Source: a virus (taxonomy: Duplodnaviria; Caudoviricetes). Taken from it: a stretch of DNA of 64,000 nucleotides. The DNA lies in the IMG/VR virus record IMGVR_UViG_3300020036_001974, positions 9,506-73,505 of that record. One strand, written 5' to 3'. Made by a program: the position numbers and the translations under genes. This document shows positions 19,440 through 28,187 of the stretch, piece after piece. Within the stretch, counting starts at the first letter, position 1. Every line of letters starts with the position of its first letter. Under the pieces are notes generated by a model. The model worked only from the letters and a program-made list of their open reading frames with translations. It did no database searches and had not been told where the DNA came from.

Positions 19440-19666
19440 GGCTTTAAATTATTCTTTGTTACATACAGGACATGGTCGCATAGTTACTTACCGAATAATA
19501 ATTCACCGATAAGATAAAACCATTTTGGAACAGCCAATCCCTTATCCATCATTATCAGCGGATTGCCGTTCAGAAATCTATCCACGTTATAAAACGTAAT
19601 TGAATACTCCCCTGAATTTGTTGATGTTGTTGTTTCTCTCATGGCTTTTCTTGGTTAGGTTGATAA

Positions 19667-19688
19667 ACCCCCTCAATTAAGAGGGGGT
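19667..19688 (-). terminator. Intrinsic terminator after SSB-like gene
   Basis: ACCCCCTC-6 nt-GAGGGGGT stem followed by a short T run on the - strand. Confidence 0.6.
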
Positions 19689-19695
19689 ATTTAGT

Positions 19696-19977
19696 TTAAA
19701 AAGGGGTGTCATCACTACTTGAGGAATCAATATTCCCCCAATCATCTCTACCATCTGGTAAAACCGGTTCCTTAGCTTTAGGAACAAAGGTATCAACTTC
19801 AACATAATATCCCCCCTTCTTAGACTCTTTTACAACGAATTTAATCTCGTCTTTCTGAGTCTTAAGCCACTCGGTAATATCTTTCTTAGTGATAATACCG
19901 GAGAACTTAACAAAGTCAGGGGCATTGGGGAAAGGTTTAAACACTCTAACCCCGTTTACAAATTCAGTTTGTTTCAT
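19696..19977 (-). CDS. Putative single-stranded DNA-binding protein
   Basis: Small beta-rich protein with acidic tail ending DDTPF, like the SSB C-terminal tip. Confidence 0.6.
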   Translation of the reverse strand: MKQTEFVNGVRVFKPFPNAPDFVKFSGIITKKDITEWLKTQKDEIKFVVKESKKGGYYVEVDTFVPKAKEPVLPDGRDDWGNIDSSSSDDTPF

Positions 19978-20267
19978 TTATATTTTGGTTTAACTTTTGA
20001 AAAAATAGGCCAAGCCCAACGTCTACCATTACCTTCTACTTCAGTCATATTAAACTCATGACTGATTACTGAGTATACGCTTCCTCGAAACGTAAACTGA
20101 TCTCCCTCTCTAAGGGTTTTTAAGTGTCTCATATTCTTTTATATTAGATCGTGCTATTATTTTAACCTTACCTTTTAATCCGGTAACCTTTAACAATCCA
20201 TCATCAAAAGCCTCTAACCAAGTGTCATTAGGGAATTCCGTCCCCAATGACCTGATTAATTTGATTC

Positions 20268-20729
20268 TCACTTATCAGATGATTTAGTATACACCCAAGC
20301 GAAGATCTCCTCAGCCAAGGCGAATATATGATCCTTCTTAAGAGGACTACCGTCTAAACCGGTAGAGCGTTCTCTATAGAAATCAACAGATGTACTCATT
20401 GCACTCATAGCAGCAATACGTCCTTGATCTGAGTATGCACCTGCTGGTTTCTTAAATCCACCAAATCCGGTCACTGGTTTAGCCTCTACCGGGGAGATCT
20501 TATGATTGGTAAAGTTACCATTCTGCTTAGTCTCTGTGGTAAACGTAGCCTCCTGAGTAGGCACAAATTTAGTACACGTTTGAGCTAATGAATGATACTC
20601 CCATTCAATAGGATCACCTTCTATGGTAATCCCATGTACATACACTGTGGGGTTTTTACCAGTGGTATCCCGTTTGTTAGGATAACTCTTAATGTTCTCT
20701 CGTACTTGTTTTACTTTTCCTGTTTGCAT
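20268..20729 (-). CDS. Putative OB-fold ssDNA-binding/recombination protein
   Basis: Beta-rich N-half, helical C-half, in replication cluster. Confidence 0.4.
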   Translation of the reverse strand: MQTGKVKQVRENIKSYPNKRDTTGKNPTVYVHGITIEGDPIEWEYHSLAQTCTKFVPTQEATFTTETKQNGNFTNHKISPVEAKPVTGFGGFKKPAGAYSDQGRIAAMSAMSTSVDFYRERSTGLDGSPLKKDHIFALAEEIFAWVYTKSSDK

Positions 20730-20734
20730 ATAAT

Positions 20735-20938
20735 TTATTTGTTTAAAAGTTTAATATATTCATTGAATTCCTCAATAATTAACCATTCATCTATATGCCA
20801 AATCATATCAGATTTATCTAATTTAATTGTTTTACCAATCTCTCCCCTAGTAAACTTAGTACCCGGGTTAACAAGAGTACAGTGTCTTTTATCAATCATC
20901 TTCCAAATGATACCATATTGTTTATGTCTATACATCAT
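20735..20938 (-). CDS. FxxYL-tagged small protein (FNEYIKLL)
   Basis: MMYRHK..GIIW paralog group, tag. Confidence 0.7.
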   Translation of the reverse strand: MMYRHKQYGIIWKMIDKRHCTLVNPGTKFTRGEIGKTIKLDKSDMIWHIDEWLIIEEFNEYIKLLNK

Positions 20939-21132
20939 AATAGTTTCAAGTATTCGTTAAATGTAACAATCACCCACTGCCCTGAATCCCAAGAATCACA
21001 ATTAAGATAATTAGTTCTATAACCTACATCTTTTATAGTCCAACCTCCTCCGTGTTTAATAAGCGTTCCACTGGCTCTGTTATTAGGATCAACGTCCCAT
21101 ATAATGCCTTCTTTTTTGTGTTTATACATCAT
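20935..21132 (-). CDS. FxxYL-tagged small protein (FNEYLKLL)
   Basis: MMYKHK..GIIW paralog group, tag. Confidence 0.7.
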   Translation of the reverse strand: MMYKHKKEGIIWDVDPNNRASGTLIKHGGGWTIKDVGYRTNYLNCDSWDSGQWVIVTFNEYLKLL

Positions 21133-21317
21133 AGCAATTTCAAATATTCCTTAAATTCATAAAGTGCTTCCCATTCTGTACTTCTCCATTGCGTTGTAAA
21201 ACGTTCTATCCTCCCAACAGCACTTTGATAGTATCCACCACCTGCTTTAATTAGAGTATAAGAACCGTCATCATTAAGCCTCCAGACAATACCCTTAGTT
21301 CTGTTTCTATACATCAT
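21129..21317 (-). CDS. FxxYL-tagged small protein (FKEYLKLL)
   Basis: MMYRNR..GIVW paralog group, tag. Confidence 0.7.
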   Translation of the reverse strand: MMYRNRTKGIVWRLNDDGSYTLIKAGGGYYQSAVGRIERFTTQWRSTEWEALYEFKEYLKLL

Positions 21318-21502
21318 AACATTTCCAGATAATCGTTAAAATTAACAATAACAAATCTCCATTTAAAATAGTAATTTCCTTTTATCTGAAAGCCATCTCC
21401 TGTATCTATCGCATCGTGTATACTACCAATAGGAAATATATTAGTTTCGTCTGTAATATACCCAACCTTGTTACCACCATTAATATATTTAACCTTAATC
21501 AT
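21314..21502 (-). CDS. FxxYL-tagged small protein (FNDYLEML)
   Basis: C-terminal tag. Confidence 0.7.
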   Translation of the reverse strand: MIKVKYINGGNKVGYITDETNIFPIGSIHDAIDTGDGFQIKGNYYFKWRFVIVNFNDYLEML

Positions 21503-21740
21503 TTATAGTCAGTTTAATTCCTACTTCTATACCTACCTCCCTTGCTATTAAAACAAGGGAATACTGGGTAAGGCGTTTACTATCCTTACCGTTTAAATAA
21601 AGACTAATATTACCCTTGTTTAACTGCAATTTCCGTGCCAATTCACTAATTGTCAGCTTCTTCTGAGTCATTTTATGACGGATTAATTCCCTTAAATCCT
21701 CATTATCCCTTACCAAACAATACTTTCTTATAGCCAACAT
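21495..21740 (-). CDS. XRE/Cro-type HTH DNA-binding protein
   Basis: LTISELARKLQLNKGNISLYLNG helix-turn-helix. Confidence 0.85.
   Translation of the reverse strand: MLAIRKYCLVRDNEDLRELIRHKMTQKKLTISELARKLQLNKGNISLYLNGKDSKRLTQYSLVLIAREVGIEVGIKLTIND
21625..21640 (-). promoter_or_regulatory. Sigma54-type -24/-12 match inside the HTH gene
   Basis: TGGCAC-GGAAA-TTGCA on - strand; may be a coding coincidence. Confidence 0.4.
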
Positions 21741-21946
21741 AAGTAATCTTTAAAGGTTGGTATTTTAGAAAACAAATGTTTAAATTTACTAATAGAATTA
21801 TAAGTATGAGTTCCTTCTGTACGTAACCTCGATGTTTCTTTATTCCAAGCTACTGTAACTCCTCTTTTAGGTAAATCTATAATAGTATATATTGTACCTC
21901 CTTTAACATTATCCTGATACCAACGGTATTTATCCCCTACTTGCAT
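21728..21946 (-). CDS. FxxYL-tagged small protein (FKDYLCWL)
   Basis: MQVGDKY start, tag. Confidence 0.7.
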   Translation of the reverse strand: MQVGDKYRWYQDNVKGGTIYTIIDLPKRGVTVAWNKETSRLRTEGTHTYNSISKFKHLFSKIPTFKDYLCWL

Positions 21947-22149
21947 AAGTTAATATATAGTTTAAAGGTAACTAACTCTGCATTTTGTTCTTTAATAGCA
22001 GGTCTTAAGTAATCATTATAAGGAGTTTGCGATAATACATATGGAACACTGGAACCATCCTCATCAATAATAGCAATGGTTCCTTTCCTAATATAACGAC
22101 TATGTCGTGTCATTATCACCACGTCTCCTTTCTTAAACTTGTATTTCAT
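21937..22149 (-). CDS. FxxYL-tagged small protein (FKLYINLCK)
   Basis: KFKKGDVV KOW-like start, tag. Confidence 0.7.
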   Translation of the reverse strand: MKYKFKKGDVVIMTRHSRYIRKGTIAIIDEDGSSVPYVLSQTPYNDYLRPAIKEQNAELVTFKLYINLCK

Positions 22150-22325
22150 AATAGTTTTAGATAATCATTAAATAGTACATCTTTGAACCTATACTGGAAC
22201 CATTTTATATTAATGTCCTGAAGTATATAGTAACCACTCCCAATAACTTCTTCAACCTTATAACAACAACCTCTTTTTAATCTACTGTTAGATTGTTCAT
22301 CATCAATACAAATTACATACTTCAT
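22146..22325 (-). CDS. FxxYL-tagged small protein, 59 aa, not in ORF track (FNDYLKLL)
   Basis: Hand translation MKYVICIDD...KDVLFNDYLKLL*; ATGA overlaps at both ends. Confidence 0.7.
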   Translation of the reverse strand: MKYVICIDDEQSNSRLKRGCCYKVEEVIGSGYYILQDINIKWFQYRFKDVLFNDYLKLL

Positions 22326-23047
22326 ATAGTTATTTCTTCAAATTGAACTGTTTCTTTAAGTAATCTTTTGCTACAGATTAAAGGGCATTTAGAACAAGAT
22401 GATTCTTTTGGGAATCTTGGGAACTCGTCTAATAACGAGTATTCATCCCATAAGGTTCGGGCACTGGAGAATCTTTGGTGGTACTCTTCAACAGCCTGAT
22501 CACTTATATTAACCCGTATCTCCTTGATTCTCATCTTAGTAGAGTAGTCAAAGATAAGTAACCTCATTTCAGGAATTATACCGAAATTCTGTTCATATAA
22601 CCATTGGTAGTGGATTTGTTGAAGGAAATCTACAGTAGATAAATCACTCCACATACCTCCTTCTAAGTCGGCAGTTAGCTTAAGATCGTACACAATCAAT
22701 GGGTCTGTAGTAAAGTCAATAGTACCTTCCCTGTCTCCATGCTTGAGAACCAACTGCCTGTCCTTAATAACTTTACCACCAAAATCCTTATGATTAGGGT
22801 CAAACATATTCTTAAACCGTTCGGCCTGTTCTTCTATACGTAGGTGTTCAGCCGATTTACCCTTCTTTAGTAAGGGAAGTTCAGTTTGTTTACCACCAAC
22901 CCCAGAACCTAAACAAAGAGTTTCAAAGAAGGAACCCTTTTGCATAGGACTACCATCAGGTGCATCTGGTCTCTTAAGGATAAGTTCATTAGCTAACCGA
23001 GGACACTCTGATTCAAGTACCTTTACAATAGATTGTGTTATTTGCAT
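22322..23047 (-). CDS. Cas4-like/PD-(D/E)xK exonuclease
   Basis: GTIDF...YDLK...Q...Y catalytic pattern; N-terminal Cys plus C-terminal CxxCPxxC (Fe-S). Confidence 0.75.
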   Translation of the reverse strand: MQITQSIVKVLESECPRLANELILKRPDAPDGSPMQKGSFFETLCLGSGVGGKQTELPLLKKGKSAEHLRIEEQAERFKNMFDPNHKDFGGKVIKDRQLVLKHGDREGTIDFTTDPLIVYDLKLTADLEGGMWSDLSTVDFLQQIHYQWLYEQNFGIIPEMRLLIFDYSTKMRIKEIRVNISDQAVEEYHQRFSSARTLWDEYSLLDEFPRFPKESSCSKCPLICSKRLLKETVQFEEITI

Positions 23048-23259
23048 AGTTTTATATATTCGTTAAATGAACTTCTCCATTTCCAAACATTACCATCTAA
23101 AAGCATAGTATTACCTAAATAGAGGTTTAGTATACCACACGCTTTTGTACGCTTTGTAATCTTGATATACACATCTTTCCCTATATACATAATATCCCCG
23201 ATCAGTGTTAATCCTAACACATTCCGTTTTGAATTACTATAATAACAAACAACCTTCAT
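23038..23259 (-). CDS. FxxYL-tagged small protein (FNEYIKLCK)
   Basis: C-terminal tag. Confidence 0.7.
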   Translation of the reverse strand: MKVVCYYSNSKRNVLGLTLIGDIMYIGKDVYIKITKRTKACGILNLYLGNTMLLDGNVWKWRSSFNEYIKLCK

Positions 23260-24146
23260 AACAAATGGTTTATAAGTTTAATTTCATTACGGCAATACAG
23301 ACTATTCAAGTCCTCTCCTTTAGGTAAAATAAGTTTAACAGGTTCTAACCCGAGGTGAACGTACTTAGAGAGCCTCTCTTGGTATGATGATTCGCTATCA
23401 TCAAAGTCAATCATTATTTTACCTTTTAAATGGGCATATTTATGGGGTAGTTCTTTAGGAACACTCGTCACCCCACCTGCACTTGCAACCACACAACTCT
23501 TACCAATATTACGACAATGTTCCCATAAAGAGTTAGCATTAGCCTCACCCTCTATGAGGTAGAACACTGGTTCCTCAAAGGAATCCTTTATATTCTCAAG
23601 TATATAGAACCCTAATTGCCCTGATGAAGAGAACCGCTGTCCATTGATCTGTTCTAAAGCCCTGAATTTAGCCCCTGTTACAACCCCATTTGAATCCTGA
23701 TGAGGAAATAATATAGCCAAATGCCTGTCAAATCCACTATCTGTCTTAGTAAAAAAACAACCGTTAGCATAACCCCTTACAATACCCCTTGATTCAGCAT
23801 AAGCCATTACCTTGTTACGTTCTTCTGTAGAAAGGTCTATGAAGGTTTCTTTAATACCGTTCCAAGATTTACGGGTTAGTATAGCTGGTGGCTTCCAAGC
23901 GAATGACTTGTTTCTAAAGTCCCTCAGATCATCCCCAAAGTGTTTGGCAAGGGTTATAACATTACCTGATTTAGGACCATTACCATTCCACCCAAAGTCT
24001 ACCCAAGCATTATCCGGGAATATACAGAAGGAAGGAGTTCTCTCCTGCCTAAAGGGTGAGTTAGTAAACCACTTGTTACCCCGTCTTTCAATCTTGTACC
24101 CCTTCATCTGAAGGTAGTCTACACAAGGAATGTCTCTTATTTGCAT
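23256..24146 (-). CDS. dnaG: DNA primase (TOPRIM)
   Basis: SPF..E.TPSF...W.DFG N-domain; YLIEGE and DFD TOPRIM motifs. Confidence 0.8.
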   Translation of the reverse strand: MQIRDIPCVDYLQMKGYKIERRGNKWFTNSPFRQERTPSFCIFPDNAWVDFGWNGNGPKSGNVITLAKHFGDDLRDFRNKSFAWKPPAILTRKSWNGIKETFIDLSTEERNKVMAYAESRGIVRGYANGCFFTKTDSGFDRHLAILFPHQDSNGVVTGAKFRALEQINGQRFSSSGQLGFYILENIKDSFEEPVFYLIEGEANANSLWEHCRNIGKSCVVASAGGVTSVPKELPHKYAHLKGKIMIDFDDSESSYQERLSKYVHLGLEPVKLILPKGEDLNSLYCRNEIKLINHLL

Positions 24147-24370
24147 AATATTAAGTAAGCATTAAAATCAATTCTTTTATATTTATCTTCATCTGGCCAC
24201 CACCACATAACAGTCTGACCACTTGTATCGAAACCGGTTAGTAATCCACCTCTCCCGTCTGTCCAGTAATATGTAACATAATACACATCTCTACGTTTAG
24301 ATACTTTTGTTATATATAGAAATTCTCCCATTGTATCAACATATTTACCAACAATCGGTTTCATATTCAT
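24137..24370 (-). CDS. FxxYL-tagged small protein (FNAYLILCK)
   Basis: Paralog of 15834-16055 (GKY.D..G..L....VTYYWTD..G...GF), tag. Confidence 0.7.
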   Translation of the reverse strand: MNMKPIVGKYVDTMGEFLYITKVSKRRDVYYVTYYWTDGRGGLLTGFDTSGQTVMWWWPDEDKYKRIDFNAYLILCK

Positions 24371-24555
24371 AATCTTTTAATATAATTACTAAATGGTTTA
24401 TAGTACCCTATTATTCTTTTCTCCATTGCTACAAAAGGTATCTCAATGAATCTATAAGTATCTGAATCTGTATGACCTCCTGTGGTATAGGGTGTACCGA
24501 TATTAAAGTAATCAGGATAATCTAATAATACAACATCGCCTATTTTATATTTCAT
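24367..24555 (-). CDS. FxxYL-tagged small protein (FSNYIKRL)
   Basis: MKYKIGDVV start, tag. Confidence 0.7.
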   Translation of the reverse strand: MKYKIGDVVLLDYPDYFNIGTPYTTGGHTDSDTYRFIEIPFVAMEKRIIGYYKPFSNYIKRL

Positions 24556-24755
24556 AACTTATCAAGATAATGTTTAAACTTATTAACTATTTCCCATTTC
24601 ATACCCAATGCCCCTTTATAAAAACTATCAAAGGTGTAAATCTGTCTCTTGCCTGTATTACTAATAAATACCCATTCATCCTCTCTTATATGTTCTTCGG
24701 CAGTCCAAGTTGTACCAATTTTATTAACAAATTTTATACCTTTATAACACATCAT
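24552..24755 (-). CDS. FxxYL-tagged small protein (FKHYLDKL)
   Basis: C-terminal tag. Confidence 0.7.
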   Translation of the reverse strand: MMCYKGIKFVNKIGTTWTAEEHIREDEWVFISNTGKRQIYTFDSFYKGALGMKWEIVNKFKHYLDKL

Positions 24756-25240
24756 AACAACTTTATTCTGTCTATTATAGAATGACCAAACCTATCTACT
24801 TTAACAGCTTTACCTGATGGTTTTAAAGAACCAGTCTTAAGGAAATCCCTTGTAGCATAAGGACCAAACCCATGTAACGCTCCAAATAGTCGCGTTCTTG
24901 TTATCCTAATACCTCTCACCCTCTTACCAACAAACCTATACAACCCCATCCGGGTTAATAACTGATGACAATGGTATATAGAAGCGTTCATTGTTTTCTC
25001 CTGATAAACAGGATTGTTAAGGAAGTAATCAACAGTTAAACACTCATTAGGTTCTTCAAGTAACCCAATGTTTATCAACCCTTTAACCGTTGTCATAGAG
25101 AACTGGTACTTACCAAAATGGGTTCCATTAGTAGCACAATAATCCCCTCTCGACTCTAAGTAGCCTATCCTTTCTTTATAAGTAACAACGTTATCCGTTG
25201 GTACAAAGATAAATGTAGTTATTAAAAGTAATACGTTCAT
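24752..25240 (-). CDS. Lysozyme-like/lytic transglycosylase with N-terminal hydrophobic leader
   Basis: IGYLES...GKYQF catalytic pattern. Confidence 0.65.
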   Translation of the reverse strand: MNVLLLITTFIFVPTDNVVTYKERIGYLESRGDYCATNGTHFGKYQFSMTTVKGLINIGLLEEPNECLTVDYFLNNPVYQEKTMNASIYHCHQLLTRMGLYRFVGKRVRGIRITRTRLFGALHGFGPYATRDFLKTGSLKPSGKAVKVDRFGHSIIDRIKLL

Positions 25241-25370
25241 AGAATCTTGGGGTTAAATCTAGGTATTTATGTTCTACACCGGAAAGTATAATAGTAGTAT
25301 CATCAACAACTGTTAATATCTTATGATGTTTAAAAGTACCGGCTATTATCCTATATCTTCCTTTTTGCAT
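25191..25370 (-). CDS. FxxYL-tagged small protein, 59 aa, not in ORF track (FNNYIYLC)
   Basis: Hand translation MQKGRYR...ERITFNNYIYLCTNG*. Confidence 0.65.
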   Translation of the reverse strand: MQKGRYRIIAGTFKHHKILTVVDDTTIILSGVEHKYLDLTPRFYERITFNNYIYLCTNG

Positions 25371-25570
25371 AACTTTATATATTTAGTAAAGGTACAAACC
25401 TCATAACAATGAGAAGGTATCCATTTATTATAAGTAGAAACTTTAAACCATTGATAAGAAGTGATGGTGGTATCAGTAACTACCCCGCTATGAGTATTTG
25501 TACAATATTCAGGCCAATCTTTATCAAGGTAATCACTTCTTCTTATAACAAAATCACCTATTTTGAACAT
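25346..25570 (-). CDS. FxxYL-tagged small protein (FTKYIKLCK)
   Basis: MFKIGDFV start, tag. Confidence 0.7.
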   Translation of the reverse strand: MFKIGDFVIRRSDYLDKDWPEYCTNTHSGVVTDTTITSYQWFKVSTYNKWIPSHCYEVCTFTKYIKLCKKEDIG

Positions 25571-25755
25571 AGCTTTAAGTAATATTTAAAGGTAACAATA
25601 GTGTAATCCTCTTCTTCTATTAGAATGTAATTAGATTCTTTAACAACATCTACTGTTTTATTGTATTTTTTTAATACCCTATACACAGTATTAGTCTTAA
25701 TAAGACCCTCTCTTACTATATGGGGAGGTAGTTTTGATTTAGTTTTTATGTACAT
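25558..25755 (-). CDS. FxxYL-tagged small protein (FKYYLKLC)
   Basis: Tandem paralog of 25746-25943. Confidence 0.7.
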   Translation of the reverse strand: MYIKTKSKLPPHIVREGLIKTNTVYRVLKKYNKTVDVVKESNYILIEEEDYTIVTFKYYLKLCSK

Positions 25756-25943
25756 AATTTCATGTAATCTTTAAAATTGACAACAGTATAGTATTCAGGA
25801 GATAAATAGTACGCACTCTTAGTGTCTACATCTACTTGCGATGTACCATTAACTAAATTTAAAACCCTATATACAGTATCAGGTTTAATTAACTTCTCTT
25901 CTGTTACATTAGGTGAGAGGATATGCCTTGTCTTGATATACAT
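25746..25943 (-). CDS. FxxYL-tagged small protein (FKDYMKLC)
   Basis: MYIKT...LIK..TVYRVL paralog pair. Confidence 0.7.
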   Translation of the reverse strand: MYIKTRHILSPNVTEEKLIKPDTVYRVLNLVNGTSQVDVDTKSAYYLSPEYYTVVNFKDYMKLCT

Positions 25944-26091
25944 TAGTTCAATGGTAAAATTGCCTGATAATTTATAACCACATCTAACATAGAAAACGTA
26001 CCCATTGTAGGTAATTCAACAAGGGTATAAGCGAAGCACTTGTTCTTATTAAGAATGATTGCTCCTTGAATTGCAGGTTGATAACTGTTTT

Positions 26092-26283
26092 TCATTTTAG
26101 TAGTTTTAAGTATTCGCTGAATCCATAGTATCTGAAGTTATTCCAATTCCACATTTGTTCACAAGTTTGTCCAATTCTATAGGTATTTGTATCCTCTGAT
26201 ATAACCAACACATTCTTATCATCACCTGTATAAAGGAAACCAAATTTATTGGTTTTACTTCTATATATACCATTTCTCCTCAT
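26092..26283 (-). CDS. FxxYL-tagged small protein (FSEYLKLL)
   Basis: C-terminal tag. Confidence 0.7.
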   Translation of the reverse strand: MRRNGIYRSKTNKFGFLYTGDDKNVLVISEDTNTYRIGQTCEQMWNWNNFRYYGFSEYLKLLK

Positions 26284-26477
26284 TGTATTAGCTTTATATA
26301 GTCATTGAAACTTAGTATAGTTATTTTCCATCTTTTATTATCTACATGTAAACCTATCATCTGACCATCCTTTCTTATATACCAGATACCTCTTGGAATT
26401 CTAACAATCTCAACAATAGAACCATGCTCCCAAAACCCCCTGTTCTTGTAAGCCTCCCCTGTAAGTTTCGCTATCAT
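26280..26477 (-). CDS. FxxYL-tagged small protein (FNDYIKLI)
   Basis: Track ORF 26280-26522; the ATGA overlap suggests the true start is 26477. Confidence 0.65.
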   Translation of the reverse strand: MIAKLTGEAYKNRGFWEHGSIVEIVRIPRGIWYIRKDGQMIGLHVDNKRWKITILSFNDYIKLIQ

Positions 26478-26686
26478 CGTTTTATTAGTATTAAGTAATC
26501 GGAAAATCCACACCTCACCCAAACCCCGTAATAAAGGTCTGTAATATCCCTCATCCCACGGGTATCCCCTTCATCATCTATAAAACACCACCTATTGTCG
26601 TCCTCTTTGGTAATATCATACACCTTACCAACGGTAACTTCAACAGGGTTAAAATAATTACCGAGTGATCTGCAAATATACTTCAT
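26474..26686 (-). CDS. FxxYL-tagged small protein (FSDYLILI)
   Basis: VGKVYDI SH3-like core, tag. Confidence 0.7.
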   Translation of the reverse strand: MKYICRSLGNYFNPVEVTVGKVYDITKEDDNRWCFIDDEGDTRGMRDITDLYYGVWVRCGFSDYLILIKR

Positions 26687-26886
26687 AGTAATTTAAGATA
26701 GGTGCTAAACGGCAAAGGTTCCCACATTTCAAAATTAATTCTAAACTCCTTATTAAGATAGGAAGAATCCTGCCAATGTGCAATTGTTAATATAACAGCC
26801 CTATTGCTGGTAAAATCAATAACCTTGCAAATATATGTAGGAGCAGTTTTATGTCTGTATATCATAGAAAAAATACCCCCACTCAA
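26683..26886 (-). CDS. FxxYL-tagged small protein (FSTYLKLL)
   Basis: C-terminal tag. Confidence 0.7.
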   Translation of the reverse strand: MSGGIFSMIYRHKTAPTYICKVIDFTSNRAVILTIAHWQDSSYLNKEFRINFEMWEPLPFSTYLKLL

Positions 26887-26897
26887 GGGGGTAGAAT

Positions 26898-28187
26898 TTA
26901 GTCCTGAATAACTACCTGTTTAACGTTACCCCCGTTAGAAAATTTAACAGGTTCACCACAGGATATAATCAGGAATTGTTGATAAGTTCCTTTAAAATCT
27001 AAATGGTCGCAATACCCATCGGTTAAGATGACCACTGGTTTATTACGCATCTTGTTCTTAGGGTCAAGTACATAGTTGACAAAGGGTTGTAATTCAGTAC
27101 CACCTAACCCTTTAATCATCATTGACTTAAGATCGTTCTTCTTCTTAACCTTGTCAATCTTCTGTATCTGTGTGTCAACCTGAACAAGATCAATCTCATA
27201 CCCATCCCTGAATAACTCAGATAGGACAAGTTCAAAGCGTCTATACATACTGCCTGATACATCGAGTCCGGCTACCAAAGATTGGGATACTTTCTTGTTA
27301 CCCTTAATAAGACCGGGTAGTTTTCTTGATAGACGAGTATAGGTTTTCTCCTTGATACGACCTTTGAAGGCAGAGATAACCCTCTTAAGAGTACGAAGGT
27401 TGTTCTTCTTAGGAGCCTTGAGAAGCATCTTCATCTTCTCTTCAGTAGAGTTAGAACCATACCCTCTTAAGCGAACCTTAACCTTTTCAATACCTTCTTT
27501 AGCAAGTTGCTCCTTAATCTCCTGCATCATTTCATCATTCGGTAGGTGGGTATCGAGTGACTGCCCCTCGCCACAACGTTCTAACAGGTCTTTAGTACGC
27601 TGTGTTAGCTCAGACTTCTCACCCTTATCATCCTTCTCTTTCTCCTCTTTAAGCCAACGGTACAAAGGCTCAAACACTAACTCACCTTTATAGTTTTCGT
27701 CAAGGGTTACACAATAGGTTTCGCCTATAGCTTTACGAGCCTTAGCAAGGTTATCCTCATTGATCGTATGACCTTGAGAGCTGCCCTTTTCAATCTGTTT
27801 CTGTATCCACTCCTCTGTTATCTTAGGGAAGGATAGAGTCTTGTGATAGGTCATGATCAGGTGATTGATGATCATATCCATAGCAATGTTGGCCATTTGC
27901 CTATCGTAATACTTACCCCTCTCCAAGTGATTGTGTAAGAGGTGGTCACACTCATGTAGCAGGATGGTAACTACCTCTATATCAGATAGTTCCTCAACAA
28001 ACTCTTCATTGTATAGAAGAGCCATTCTCATATCCACTACGGTGACTGCCATTGTAGGCAGTTCATCCGTAACATAGAAATCAACGTAGTTGAGGAAATA
28101 GAAATAGAACTGTAGTTCCTTTTGGTTGTGAAGGAGAACCTCCTCCAGACACCTATTTAGTTTCGGTGTTACTTTCTTGTATCTCAT
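26898..28187 (-). CDS. DUF2201-like protein: HExxH metallopeptidase-like domain plus vWA domain
   Basis: LLHECDH; MIDAS-like DVSGSM...GGT...TDG. Confidence 0.85.
   Translation of the reverse strand: MRYKKVTPKLNRCLEEVLLHNQKELQFYFYFLNYVDFYVTDELPTMAVTVVDMRMALLYNEEFVEELSDIEVVTILLHECDHLLHNHLERGKYYDRQMANIAMDMIINHLIMTYHKTLSFPKITEEWIQKQIEKGSSQGHTINEDNLAKARKAIGETYCVTLDENYKGELVFEPLYRWLKEEKEKDDKGEKSELTQRTKDLLERCGEGQSLDTHLPNDEMMQEIKEQLAKEGIEKVKVRLRGYGSNSTEEKMKMLLKAPKKNNLRTLKRVISAFKGRIKEKTYTRLSRKLPGLIKGNKKVSQSLVAGLDVSGSMYRRFELVLSELFRDGYEIDLVQVDTQIQKIDKVKKKNDLKSMMIKGLGGTELQPFVNYVLDPKNKMRNKPVVILTDGYCDHLDFKGTYQQFLIISCGEPVKFSNGGNVKQVVIQD

Noticed and set aside
22322-23047. Cas4-like gene as evidence of a CRISPR system
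   Set aside because: Stand-alone Cas4-like exonucleases are common in phage replication modules; no array or other cas genes are present.
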